This document shows positions 27,736 through 35,479 of a stretch of DNA of 37,769 nucleotides, piece by piece. Position numbers and translations under genes: made by a program. The notes under the pieces were generated by a model. That model was not told the DNA's origin. It made no database searches and saw only the letters and a program-made list of their open reading frames with translations. Position 1 is the stretch's first letter, and each line of letters opens with the position of its first letter. Source of the DNA: a virus. Location of the stretch: UHGV virus genome UHGV-1372291; one strand, 5' to 3'.

Positions 27736-28251
27736 ATGAAAAAATTATTAAATTATTTAGGGTGCAGAAGTAAACAAGACTTAATATATCAATTTAAAAA
27801 TAGCGATTCCGAAGAGATAGCAGAGTTGAGAATGGCTTTTGAATTAATAGCAGAGGATAGAGTAATGGATGATGAAATAAGATTAAAAGATAAGAAAAGT
27901 TTACTTGATTTTCTTAAATTCAAAGTAGGTTTTAAAGAAAGAGAAGAGTTTGTAGTAATTTTCTTAAATAATTACAACGTAATGACAGGATATGAAGTAT
28001 TATTCACAGGAACAATAGATAAAAGTGCTGTATATCCAAGAGAGATAGCAGAAAGAGTTTTTAAATATAAAGCTAAGGGAGTAATATTTGCACATAATCA
28101 TCCAAGCGGAAATTTAAGACCAAGTAAGCAAGATATTCAAATAACAGAACATATGCAAGAGTTCCTGGAAATGATAGATGTAAAACTTCTTGAGCATATA
28201 ATTATCACAAAAGATGGACATTTTAGTTTTTTACAAGAGGGAATAATTTAA
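27736..28251 (+). CDS. RadC-like JAB-domain protein
   Basis: 'FAHNHPSGNLRPSKQDIQITEHM' contains the RadC/JAMM HNHPSG signature. Confidence 0.75.
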   Translation: MKKLLNYLGCRSKQDLIYQFKNSDSEEIAELRMAFELIAEDRVMDDEIRLKDKKSLLDFLKFKVGFKEREEFVVIFLNNYNVMTGYEVLFTGTIDKSAVYPREIAERVFKYKAKGVIFAHNHPSGNLRPSKQDIQITEHMQEFLEMIDVKLLEHIIITKDGHFSFLQEGII

Positions 28252-28320
28252 GTTTTTATAGGTTCCCCAAGAGCCTTGGGGTACTTATTAAAAACTTAAA
28301 AGGGGGCGGTCAATATGACT
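28246..28320 (+). repeat. hairpin+RBS intergenic cassette, copy 1
   Basis: taatttaAGTTTTTATAGGTTCCCCAAGAGCCTTGGGGTACTTATTAAAAA...ggcggtcaatATGACT. Perfect 7-bp stem CCCCAAG/CTTGGGG. Confidence 0.7.
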
Positions 28321-28515
28321 GATGAGCAAATTAGATTTTTTATAAAAGATTATATTTTACCAGAGATTAGAAAATACAAATCTGAAAGTATAGAAGTATT
28401 TTACAAAGAAAAAAATGGTGTCTATACAGTTAGTATAGATGGCAAAGAATTTAAAGATTCTGATATTAAATCTTGCCTAGAAGAAGCAAGAGGATATTTT
28501 AAGGGGTGGTTCTAA
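28315..28515 (+). CDS. hypothetical small protein (66 aa)
   Basis: ORF starting MTD... immediately after cassette copy 1. Confidence 0.4.
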   Translation: MTDEQIRFFIKDYILPEIRKYKSESIEVFYKEKNGVYTVSIDGKEFKDSDIKSCLEEARGYFKGWF

Positions 28516-28694
28516 TGTCACAAGATGTAATGTTCTTAAAATATATCAATGAGAAATGGGGAGTTCTTACAGTAAGAAGATTTAAAAAATTTTATATAGT
28601 AAATGCTGGAGAGTTCCACGGATATGGTTTAACAGTATCTGAAGCGATAGCAAATTTAGCACTTAATAATCAAGAGGAGGGAAAACTATGTTAG
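28506..28694 (+). CDS. hypothetical small protein (62 aa)
   Basis: Overlapping ORF in the early operon. Confidence 0.3.
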   Translation: MVLMSQDVMFLKYINEKWGVLTVRRFKKFYIVNAGEFHGYGLTVSEAIANLALNNQEEGKLC

Positions 28695-28963
28695 ATAAAG
28701 AATTATTAGAAGGATTTGAAACAATGCAACAATTACAAGATGATGGACTAATTGATTCTTACAATTATAACTCAAAGACAGGAGATTTTATGGTATTTTC
28801 TGGACTTGGTAAAAAAGAAGTTAAGTTCCAGGTGGATATGGATAGTATGATGGAGTTTTTAGAAGAATGGGAAAAAGAAGTTGAAGAAGCTTTTCAGGAT
28901 AAAAAAAGAGAAGAGCAAGACAGAGAAGCAGCTTACTGGGCAGTCCAAGGGGTTAGATATTAA
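28688..28963 (+). CDS. small highly acidic protein (91 aa), candidate DNA-mimic/anti-restriction
   Basis: Very acidic composition (many D/E); early-region location. Confidence 0.3.
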   Translation: MLDKELLEGFETMQQLQDDGLIDSYNYNSKTGDFMVFSGLGKKEVKFQVDMDSMMEFLEEWEKEVEEAFQDKKREEQDREAAYWAVQGVRY

Positions 28964-29030
28964 TGATAGCTTGGATAAAACATATATTAAAATTCAAAAT
29001 TAAATATAGCAAAATGTAGGGGGAATAAAA

Positions 29031-29279
29031 ATGTTAGCAGTAATGATGGAGAATTTAAAAGAAAAATACAGTATTAAAAATTTAGCTTGGGAGATAAAAA
29101 ACAATATAGTTTTCTTTAGTGGAGAACTTAAAAAAAATATAGTTGCTGGATATGTAGGAGAAAAACCAGTAAGTTATGAGAAAAAATTAGATTTTAATAG
29201 CTTTAGGGTAGCAGATGAAAAAGTAGAAAAAGAAATTGATGACTTTTTCCAAATGCTTGAAAATGTTTTTAATAAATAA
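29031..29279 (+). CDS. hypothetical small protein (82 aa)
   Basis: ORF with GGGGGA RBS. Confidence 0.35.
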   Translation: MLAVMMENLKEKYSIKNLAWEIKNNIVFFSGELKKNIVAGYVGEKPVSYEKKLDFNSFRVADEKVEKEIDDFFQMLENVFNK

Positions 29280-29352
29280 TTTAGTTTTTATAGGTTCCCC
29301 AAGAGCCTTGGGGGACTTATTAAAAATTAAATTGGAGGTGGTCTTTATGACT
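29276..29352 (+). repeat. hairpin+RBS intergenic cassette, copy 2
   Basis: taatttAGTTTTTATAGGTTCCCCAAGAGCCTTGGGGGACTTATTAAAAATTAAATTGGAGGTGGTCTTTATGACT. Confidence 0.75.
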
Positions 29353-29484
29353 GATGTTAGATTAGAAAGACTTGATAATTACTTTGATGAGGAGCTAGAA
29401 GAAGTTAGAGAAGCTGCAGCAGATATGACAGAAAAAGAGCTTAGAGAATTTTTAGAACTTTTAAATATTGAGGAGTGGTTTTAA
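29347..29484 (+). CDS. 46-aa acidic protein (MTDVRLERLDNYFDEELEEVREAAADMTEKELREFLELLNIEEWF)
   Basis: ATG 29347 is supplied by cassette copy 2. The ORF-track extension back through the cassette (from 29236) is unlikely to be translated. Confidence 0.4.
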   Translation: MTDVRLERLDNYFDEELEEVREAAADMTEKELREFLELLNIEEWF

Positions 29485-29996
29485 TGGCAAATATAATAAA
29501 TTTATTAGAGGACAAATTAGCATTAAATGAACTTTGGGAAAATTCCATTGATGAGAACACAGGAGAAATAAAAGAGTGTGAAGCTTTAGAGGCTTTAACA
29601 AAAGAAATAGAGCAAGATTTGAGCAGCAAAACAGGTAGAATTATACAGGTATTCCAAAATAATAAAGCACAAATAGAGGTGCTGGACAAGGAAATAAAAA
29701 GGCTTGAAGCTAGAAAAAAATCTTTAGAGAATAAAGATAAAAATTTTAAAAACTTTTTAAAATATACTCTTGAAAGAATAGGAGTAAAAAAGATAGATAC
29801 TATCTTTGGAATAATAGGAATAAAAAATAATCCTGCAAGTGTAGAGCTTATAGACAAAGACAAAATACCTGCAGAATTTAAGACAATAAAATATGTTGAA
29901 GATATTTCAAAAACTGAAATTTCAAAAGCTTTAAAGGCTGGGGTAGAAGTTCCAGGAGCAGAACTTAAACAAAGTACAAGTTTATATATAAAATAA
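29484..29996 (+). CDS. siphovirus Gp157-like / coiled-coil recombination-associated protein
   Basis: Start MANIINLL (TAATG overlap, GAGGAG RBS). ~170 aa, helical. Lies immediately upstream of the SSAP, as Gp157-family genes often do. Confidence 0.3.
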   Translation: MANIINLLEDKLALNELWENSIDENTGEIKECEALEALTKEIEQDLSSKTGRIIQVFQNNKAQIEVLDKEIKRLEARKKSLENKDKNFKNFLKYTLERIGVKKIDTIFGIIGIKNNPASVELIDKDKIPAEFKTIKYVEDISKTEISKALKAGVEVPGAELKQSTSLYIK

Positions 29997-30069
29997 TTTA
30001 GTTTTTATAGGTTCCCCAAGAGTCTTGGGGTACTTATTAAAAATTAAATTGGAGGTGGTCTTTATGACT
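29994..30069 (+). repeat. hairpin+RBS intergenic cassette, copy 3
   Basis: taatttAGTTTTTATAGGTTCCCCAAGAGTCTTGGGGTACTTATTAAAAATTAAATTGGAGGTGGTCTTTATGACT. Confidence 0.75.
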
Positions 30070-30687
30070 AAAGAAAAATTTCAAGAAATGTATTTAAAAG
30101 ATTTAACAGGTATGATAGAAACAGTAGACACAGGAAAAAGAAAGCTATCATATATTAGCTGGGCTAATGCTTACAAAATGGCTATGGAGCAAGACCCATC
30201 AATGAGTTATGAAATATTAGAAGATTTAGAGGGGTTTCCTTTATTCTCAAGAGGGGATTGCCACTTTGTAAAAACTACTGTTACTATGTTTGGAGTAACT
30301 AAAAAAATGATGTTACCTATCATGGACAATAGACATAATTCTATAAGCAAACCTAACAGTAGAGATATAAACGACAGTATAATGAGATGTCTTGTAAAAA
30401 ATATAGCAATGTTTGGTATAGGACTATCATTATACACTGGAGAGGATTTGGAAAAGTATAAGGAATCTAAAGAAGATAAAGAGGTTAAGGAAGTTGAAGA
30501 GCAAATTACACCAGAAGAGAGGGCTAAATTTATAGAAGTTATAAACAAAAAATACTCTAAAGAGGATATAGACAAGGCTATATACTTAGTTAAGGAAAAT
30601 GGTAGATTTGAATTTAATATCTACACAGCAAGTAAAAAAGAATTGAACTATTTAAAAGCAACTTTAAGAAGTTTAAAGACTGCATAA
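30064..30687 (+). CDS. Rad52/Sak-like single-strand annealing protein (DUF1071-like)
   Basis: 'LSYISWANAYKMAMEQDP' resembles the conserved SYxSWA motif of Sak/Rad52-like phage SSAPs. Start MTKEKF at 30064 follows cassette copy 3. Confidence 0.4.
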   Translation: MTKEKFQEMYLKDLTGMIETVDTGKRKLSYISWANAYKMAMEQDPSMSYEILEDLEGFPLFSRGDCHFVKTTVTMFGVTKKMMLPIMDNRHNSISKPNSRDINDSIMRCLVKNIAMFGIGLSLYTGEDLEKYKESKEDKEVKEVEEQITPEERAKFIEVINKKYSKEDIDKAIYLVKENGRFEFNIYTASKKELNYLKATLRSLKTA

Positions 30688-30696
30688 AATAAAAAT

Positions 30697-30723
30697 GGCA
30701 GGTTTATTCCTGCCACTTTTATT
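30697..30723 (+). terminator. rho-independent terminator of the early operon
   Basis: GGCAGG-tttatt-CCTGCC followed by acttttatt. Confidence 0.6.
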
Positions 30724-31060
30724 AAAGAATCTTGAATAACATATGACGATTAAAAAAGCATCTTATATGGGGTTAAAAATCTGGATACAGTAGTATAATA
30801 TACTTTTAGGTATAAGTCAATATCTTTTTAAAATTATAACACTGTGAAATTTTGTCAAAGTAATTTTTAAGTATTTATTTTATTGGTTTTTATAGTGTGA
30901 AGTTTTGTCAGTTAAAAACTACAAAATCCAGAATATAACTACATATAATTTTATAATTGTAGTTAATTCTTTTCCCTTTTAGAAGAATCTTTATTCTTTT
31001 ATTCTTTTATATATTTCGGCACCTTCAAAAGCTAGAAAAAAAGCCACTTTATAAAAAGAT

Positions 31061-31181
31061 AAAGGTACAAAATCCAACTTTCAAAGGTACAAAATCCAGA
31101 AAATAAAGGTACAAAATCCAACTTTTAAAGGTACAAAATCCAATTATAGAAGGACAAAATCCAATTATAAAGGTACAAGAT
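31061..31181 (+). repeat. iteron array of plasmid-type origin (6 direct repeats, 22-bp period)
   Basis: AAAGGTACAAAATCCA(A/G) starts at 31061, 31083, 31105 and 31127. A degenerate copy is at ~31149 and a partial one at 31169. An extra copy is at 31295-31311, and an inverted half-copy (TGTACCTTT) is at 31220-31228. An AT-rich stretch spans 31180-31290. Confidence 0.75.
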
Positions 31182-31316
31182 ATTTTATAATGTACTTTTA
31201 ACGACATTTATTAGAATGATGTACCTTTATTATAAATTTATATAATAGTTAAAAACTTAGTGTAAATAGGGGTTGAAGAGTATTTTAAAAAGATAAAGGT
31301 ACAAAATCCAGAAAAT

Positions 31317-31361
31317 AAAGGTACATATATATTGACATTGTACCTTTGATTAAGTTATACT
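31317..31361 (+). promoter_or_regulatory. rep promoter with operator palindrome AAAGGTACA-N13-TGTACCTTT overlapping -35 TTGACA
   Basis: Perfect 9-bp inverted repeat made of iteron half-sequence. Embedded ttgaca at 31332-31337 and a tatact -10-like element at 31356-31361. Confidence 0.55.
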
Positions 31362-31390
31362 AAAATTAGTGAAATTTTTGGAGGGAATAT

Positions 31391-32515
31391 ATGAGTCAAG
31401 AAAAATATAATCTAATACATCATAAAGATTTCCATAATCTCCAATTACAAAATTATTCAGTAAAAGAAAGAGCAGTTTTTTTAGCTCTTTGCTTAAAGAT
31501 TATGGAACAGGAAGATGAAGTTGTAACTTTTAAAGTTTCAGAGATTTCAAAAATTGCAAATTATTCTGCAAGAAAAAAAGGAGATAATATTTATAGTTTT
31601 TTAAAAGAATTAAGTGATAAGCTTTTAAAATTACAGGTTATGCAAATAAGAAAAGATGAAGGATTTACAAATATGGTCTTGTTTCCAACCTTTTCAGTAG
31701 ATGAGAAAGAAAAAACAGTTAGAATAAGAATAAATCCAGACTATAAATATTTGTTAAATCATTTACAAGCTCCTTATACAATTCAAGCTTTGATAGAATA
31801 TTCTAATTTAAAATCTGGATATTCACAACTAATGTATTCTATTTTGAAAAAGTGGAATAAAATAAAAAAAGTAACTATAACTCTTGAAGATTTTAGAAGA
31901 GAATTAGGAGTTCCAGAAAGCTATGATACAGCAGTTATAAATAAAAGAGTATTGCCTCCTATTATGAAAGAGTTACCACAATATTTTGAAGGTTTGAAAG
32001 TAAAAAAAATAAAAGATGGTAAATTTATAAGTGGGTTTGAGTTTACCTGGAAAGATAACAAGGTTGATGATGTAGTAGTTGATGAAGAGGAAATAGAGAT
32101 TTCAGAAGAGTTACTATCAGCTATCGAGAAAGCAGAGAAAAATAGATTTATAAAACCTTTCTTAACTGATGATAATATAATAAAACTTTTAGATAAATTT
32201 AGCCAAGAGCAATTAGAAAAAGGATTGAAAGCTGCTTATGATTTAATTAAAACAGAATTTACAAGTCTTAATTATTTGATAAAAGTTATTGAAGATAGAT
32301 TGAATAAACCTAAAAGAAAAATAGTTATAAGAAGAACTAAGGAAGCAGAAAAAATAAAAGAAGTTGAAGAGCCAGTAGTCAAGAAAAAAACAACTCCACT
32401 AACTAATGAAGAATATCAAAATGCTATGAAAATATATCAAGCTACTGGAGAGGATTTTGGTTATGAACCAGAGGAAGTAAGAGAGTATATAAAAAAATAC
32501 AAGGATTTAATATAG
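31391..32515 (+). CDS. rep: iteron-binding replication initiator (Rep_3/RepB-like)
   Basis: N-terminal 'NLQLQNYSVKERAVFLALCLKI' matches the Rep_3 NxLxxAxYxLSxxExRL motif. Placed immediately downstream of iterons and an AT-rich region. Confidence 0.65.
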   Translation: MSQEKYNLIHHKDFHNLQLQNYSVKERAVFLALCLKIMEQEDEVVTFKVSEISKIANYSARKKGDNIYSFLKELSDKLLKLQVMQIRKDEGFTNMVLFPTFSVDEKEKTVRIRINPDYKYLLNHLQAPYTIQALIEYSNLKSGYSQLMYSILKKWNKIKKVTITLEDFRRELGVPESYDTAVINKRVLPPIMKELPQYFEGLKVKKIKDGKFISGFEFTWKDNKVDDVVVDEEEIEISEELLSAIEKAEKNRFIKPFLTDDNIIKLLDKFSQEQLEKGLKAAYDLIKTEFTSLNYLIKVIEDRLNKPKRKIVIRRTKEAEKIKEVEEPVVKKKTTPLTNEEYQNAMKIYQATGEDFGYEPEEVREYIKKYKDLI

Positions 32516-32524
32516 GGGGGTAAA

Positions 32525-33283
32525 ATGAAAATAATATCATTCATAACAGAAAAAGGTGGCACTGGTAAGACTACTGGTGCCAGAGAAGTTGCTGGGGTAT
32601 TATCTCTAGTTCATAACAAAAAAGTTTTGCTTATTGATTGCGACTTTCAACAAAATCTAACTGAAAGTTTAATAGAAGCAGACCAAGAAAAAAATATATT
32701 TAGAGCTATAAAAGAGAAAGATTTAAAAGGAAATATAATTCCTATTGAAAGAGATGGAAAACATATATTAGATTTAATACCTGCAAGTCTTAATTTAAAG
32801 GATTTAGAATATAAAAAAGATAGTGTTGATATGGAGATGATTTACCTGGATTTAAAAAGGGGACTAGAGCAACTCCAAGAATATGACTATATAATTATAG
32901 ATTGTAGACCAGATATGAGAGCAATAGAAAGGGCTGTGTTAAAGTGTAGTAATTATGTTATCACTCCTGTTGAAGCTCATCTATTTAGTTTTAGAGGGTT
33001 TGAATTATTGGAGAACTTTATACAAGCTCTTAAAAAAGATTTAAACACTCCATTCATTCATTTTGGTTATATAAATAGGCTACAAAATGATAAAGAGATA
33101 TTAGAAGCCACTGAAGATGTCAGAAATTCTTTTGAAAACATATTAGATACTCCTATAAGAGATAATCTTAAAATATTTAAAGCCTCACAGACAGGACATT
33201 TTATAATAGAATATAGTTCTACATCAAATGGGGCTAAGGATTTTAAAGCTCTTACAAAGGAGTTGTTAAATAAATGGCAATAA
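32525..33283 (+). CDS. parA: ParA/Soj-family partition ATPase
   Basis: Deviant Walker A 'KGGTGKTT' at the N-terminus; 252 aa. Confidence 0.8.
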   Translation: MKIISFITEKGGTGKTTGAREVAGVLSLVHNKKVLLIDCDFQQNLTESLIEADQEKNIFRAIKEKDLKGNIIPIERDGKHILDLIPASLNLKDLEYKKDSVDMEMIYLDLKRGLEQLQEYDYIIIDCRPDMRAIERAVLKCSNYVITPVEAHLFSFRGFELLENFIQALKKDLNTPFIHFGYINRLQNDKEILEATEDVRNSFENILDTPIRDNLKIFKASQTGHFIIEYSSTSNGAKDFKALTKELLNKWQ

Positions 33284-33939
33284 AAATAAATAGAAAACCT
33301 ATAATTTTAAAAAAGAAAGAAAATACAGAAGTAATTATTCCAGAAAAAAATGACATAGAAGATATATTGAAATATGATTATAACAAATTGGAAAATTTTT
33401 CAGATGATGATAAAAATCAATTAATTATATTTGAGAAAAGTATTATCACTAAAAAAGAAAATATCTCTTCTTTAGCACTACAAATAGGACAAAACTTAGA
33501 AGAGGCAAGAAAACTATTTGATAGATACTCTGAAAATCCAAGTTCATATATGGAGTGGTACCAAGCTTTAGGATTTAATAAAGACCAAGTATCACTACTT
33601 AGAGGGAGATATAAGTTATCTTTAAGCTATCCACAATACAACAATTTAATTTCAGACTTTTCAGACAGAGAAGTAAAAGCTTTAGTGAATAAAAAGGTTA
33701 ATGTAAGAATCCTTGAGAATATTTTATCTTCTGGAATAAGAACAGATAAAGAGATAAGAAAAGCTATTTCGAGCATGCTCGAAATAGAAGATGCCGAGAT
33801 AGTAGAGGAATCTGAAAAAGATAAGCTGGTATCCAGACTATCGGAGGTAGAGGCGAAAATCAGAAAATTAGAGGAAGAGTTGAAAGAATTGAAAACTGTT
33901 AAGGCTGAACTAAAAGAAAAAATAAAGGGGTTGAGTTAA
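33274..33939 (+). CDS. putative partition DNA-binding protein (ParB/ParG-like adaptor)
   Basis: Overlaps the parA stop. Basic N-terminus and a coiled-coil C-terminus. Assignment is by position only. Confidence 0.4.
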   Translation: MAIKINRKPIILKKKENTEVIIPEKNDIEDILKYDYNKLENFSDDDKNQLIIFEKSIITKKENISSLALQIGQNLEEARKLFDRYSENPSSYMEWYQALGFNKDQVSLLRGRYKLSLSYPQYNNLISDFSDREVKALVNKKVNVRILENILSSGIRTDKEIRKAISSMLEIEDAEIVEESEKDKLVSRLSEVEAKIRKLEEELKELKTVKAELKEKIKGLS

Positions 33940-33953
33940 TGAAATAAAAAAAT

Positions 33954-33986
33954 AGCTGGAAATAAATCCAGCTATTTTGATTTTTT
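33954..33986 (+). terminator. rho-independent terminator of rep-par operon
   Basis: AGCTGGA-aataaa-TCCAGCT followed by attttgatttttt. Confidence 0.7.
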
Positions 33987-34270
33987 GAAGTCGGTTTTCT
34001 CCGCTACACATACTTTCGGTGCCTCTAGCGAGTCCCTAGCAATAGCAACCTTCCTTAGCTTTTGTTCCAAGCTAGCCTATTTCGACATGGTGCCTTATTT
34101 TCCACATCTAGTTACTATTCGGAGTAACACCCTAGTCAATATTCGGATTGACTCCTAGTCTAATTAAATAGACATTCCATTTTTCGCTGCAAATAAATTA
34201 TATCACATCAACAAAAACATTTCAAGGAATATTTTAAGAACGAGCCTTTTAAATCGTTTTTAAGAGGTTT

Positions 34271-34308
34271 AAAAAAGAGAGGTATATATTTACCTCTCTT
34301 TTTGTTTT
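34271..34308. terminator. bidirectional terminator at the end of the lysis cassette
   Basis: AGAGAGGTA-tatattt-TACCTCTCT with an A-run before and a T-run after. Confidence 0.6.
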
Positions 34309-34343
34309 GACCTACCCTATTCTAAGGCTCATAAGCTCACATT

Positions 34344-34799
34344 TTATTTTTTCTTGTATTCTTGATATTGAACTAATACTTTTTTTATTTTCTCTGGAAT
34401 AGGCACTCCACAGATACTTGCATTTTCTAATATAGAAAGTCCCTCATTTGAAATAAAAACTCCTATTGTTAAAGTCTTTATTCCTAATTTACTACCAAGT
34501 AGTATGTCTAAGTGGTATGCTAATACTATAACTAGAATTATCATAACCTTTTTTAACATTCCTATTATCCCTAGTTTACTATTAGCAGTACAAGTAATAT
34601 AAGCTTTAATAACTCCAGATATATAATCAACTGCCATAAGAATTAAAAGTATTCTTAAAGCTTCATCTTGTCCACCTGTAATCATAAAGATAAAGGCTAC
34701 TAAACTTCCTATTCCTATTGCTACACAATTACTTAAAATTTTTATTACATCAACTAACAACCAAAAGAAATCTGTTGCTATTCTAGTAAAATCTCCCAT
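34344..34799 (-). CDS. phage holin (TcdE/LL-H family-like, 3 TM)
   Basis: 151 aa with three hydrophobic segments and a charged C-terminus (QYQEYKKK). Adjacent to the endolysin. Confidence 0.6.
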   Translation of the reverse strand: MGDFTRIATDFFWLLVDVIKILSNCVAIGIGSLVAFIFMITGGQDEALRILLILMAVDYISGVIKAYITCTANSKLGIIGMLKKVMIILVIVLAYHLDILLGSKLGIKTLTIGVFISNEGLSILENASICGVPIPEKIKKVLVQYQEYKKK

Positions 34800-35050
34800 T
34801 AATTTCCTCCTATCATATAGTCTAGTATCTTTTCAAAGATATTGTAAAACCAAGGTGTTATTTGTAAATTTAAGATATTATCTAGTATAAGTAATAATAG
34901 TAATATCATAAAGGCAGTACCAAGGTAATAGTTAAAACTTGTTAGTTTTTGCTTTTCTATCTCTTGGTCTACTTCTGCATTTCTAGTCCTTTTAAAGATT
35001 ATGCCTAGAGTATCTTTTATAACTTCTATTACTGAACCTATAATATTCAA
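34799..35050 (-). CDS. small membrane protein (holin-like or lysis accessory)
   Basis: 83 aa with one strong TM 'AFMILLLLLILDNIL'. Overlaps the holin start. Confidence 0.4.
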   Translation of the reverse strand: MNIIGSVIEVIKDTLGIIFKRTRNAEVDQEIEKQKLTSFNYYLGTAFMILLLLLILDNILNLQITPWFYNIFEKILDYMIGGN

Positions 35051-35063
35051 GTTATCACTTCCC

Positions 35064-35468
35064 TTAATCTTCCATCAACTCAAAATGTCCTCCATCAAAT
35101 GAGCCTCTTGCTATCTCATCATCATATTTACCATTCATATTCCAATCTCCACCCCATCTAACTTTAATACCAAGCTTTTCAGCCTCTTCTTTTAGTATAT
35201 CAGCTACTTTTTTAAATCCCTCTAAGTCATTCCAAGATTTAAAAGGGTATGGGATAAAGTCAAAAGCATATGATTTAGGTTTTTTACAATGCTTAGATTT
35301 ATTTGTCCATGATGTTCCTTTAGCTTGGTTTGCCTTTGCTTCTTCCTCTGTTCTAGCTCCATCTATTATAGAGAAGTCTATTCTTTTTATAGCTTGGCTT
35401 GCTATTAATATTAATCTATCATCACACTCTTCTAAGTGTTTTAAACTTCTTTCGCTAAATTTATACAT
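35064..35468 (-). CDS. endolysin, peptidase M15 family (L-alanyl-D-glutamate peptidase / VanY-like)
   Basis: 'SKHCKKPKSYAFDF' (H...D) and 'WGGDW...FDGGHFE' match the zinc-binding H-x-D ... H motifs of M15 peptidases. Confidence 0.65.
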   Translation of the reverse strand: MYKFSERSLKHLEECDDRLILIASQAIKRIDFSIIDGARTEEEAKANQAKGTSWTNKSKHCKKPKSYAFDFIPYPFKSWNDLEGFKKVADILKEEAEKLGIKVRWGGDWNMNGKYDDEIARGSFDGGHFELMED

Positions 35469-35479
35469 GCTATCATCTC

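Noticed and set aside
29236-29346. N-terminal extension of ORF 29236-29484 and of 30025-30687 reading through the hairpin cassette (…IGSPRALGDLLKIKLEVVFMT…)
   Set aside because: The extension is simply the translated repeat cassette (hairpin + RBS). An ATGACT start with GGAGGTGG RBS is conserved in all three copies, so the shorter starts at 29347 and 30064 are preferred.
31040-31350. CRISPR array reading of the AAAGGTACAAAATCCA repeats
   Set aside because: Repeats are 16-18 bp with ~5-bp 'spacers' at a 22-bp period, far too short for CRISPR. They are adjacent to an AT-rich stretch and a rep gene, which is the iteron architecture.
33990-34270. tRNA or tmRNA gene / attP core in the GC-rich island
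   Set aside because: No cloverleaf could be traced by eye. There is no GTTCGAAT T-loop with appropriate stems and no CCA-proximal acceptor pairing. No integrase lies nearby. It is kept as an unexplained ncRNA or parS candidate instead.
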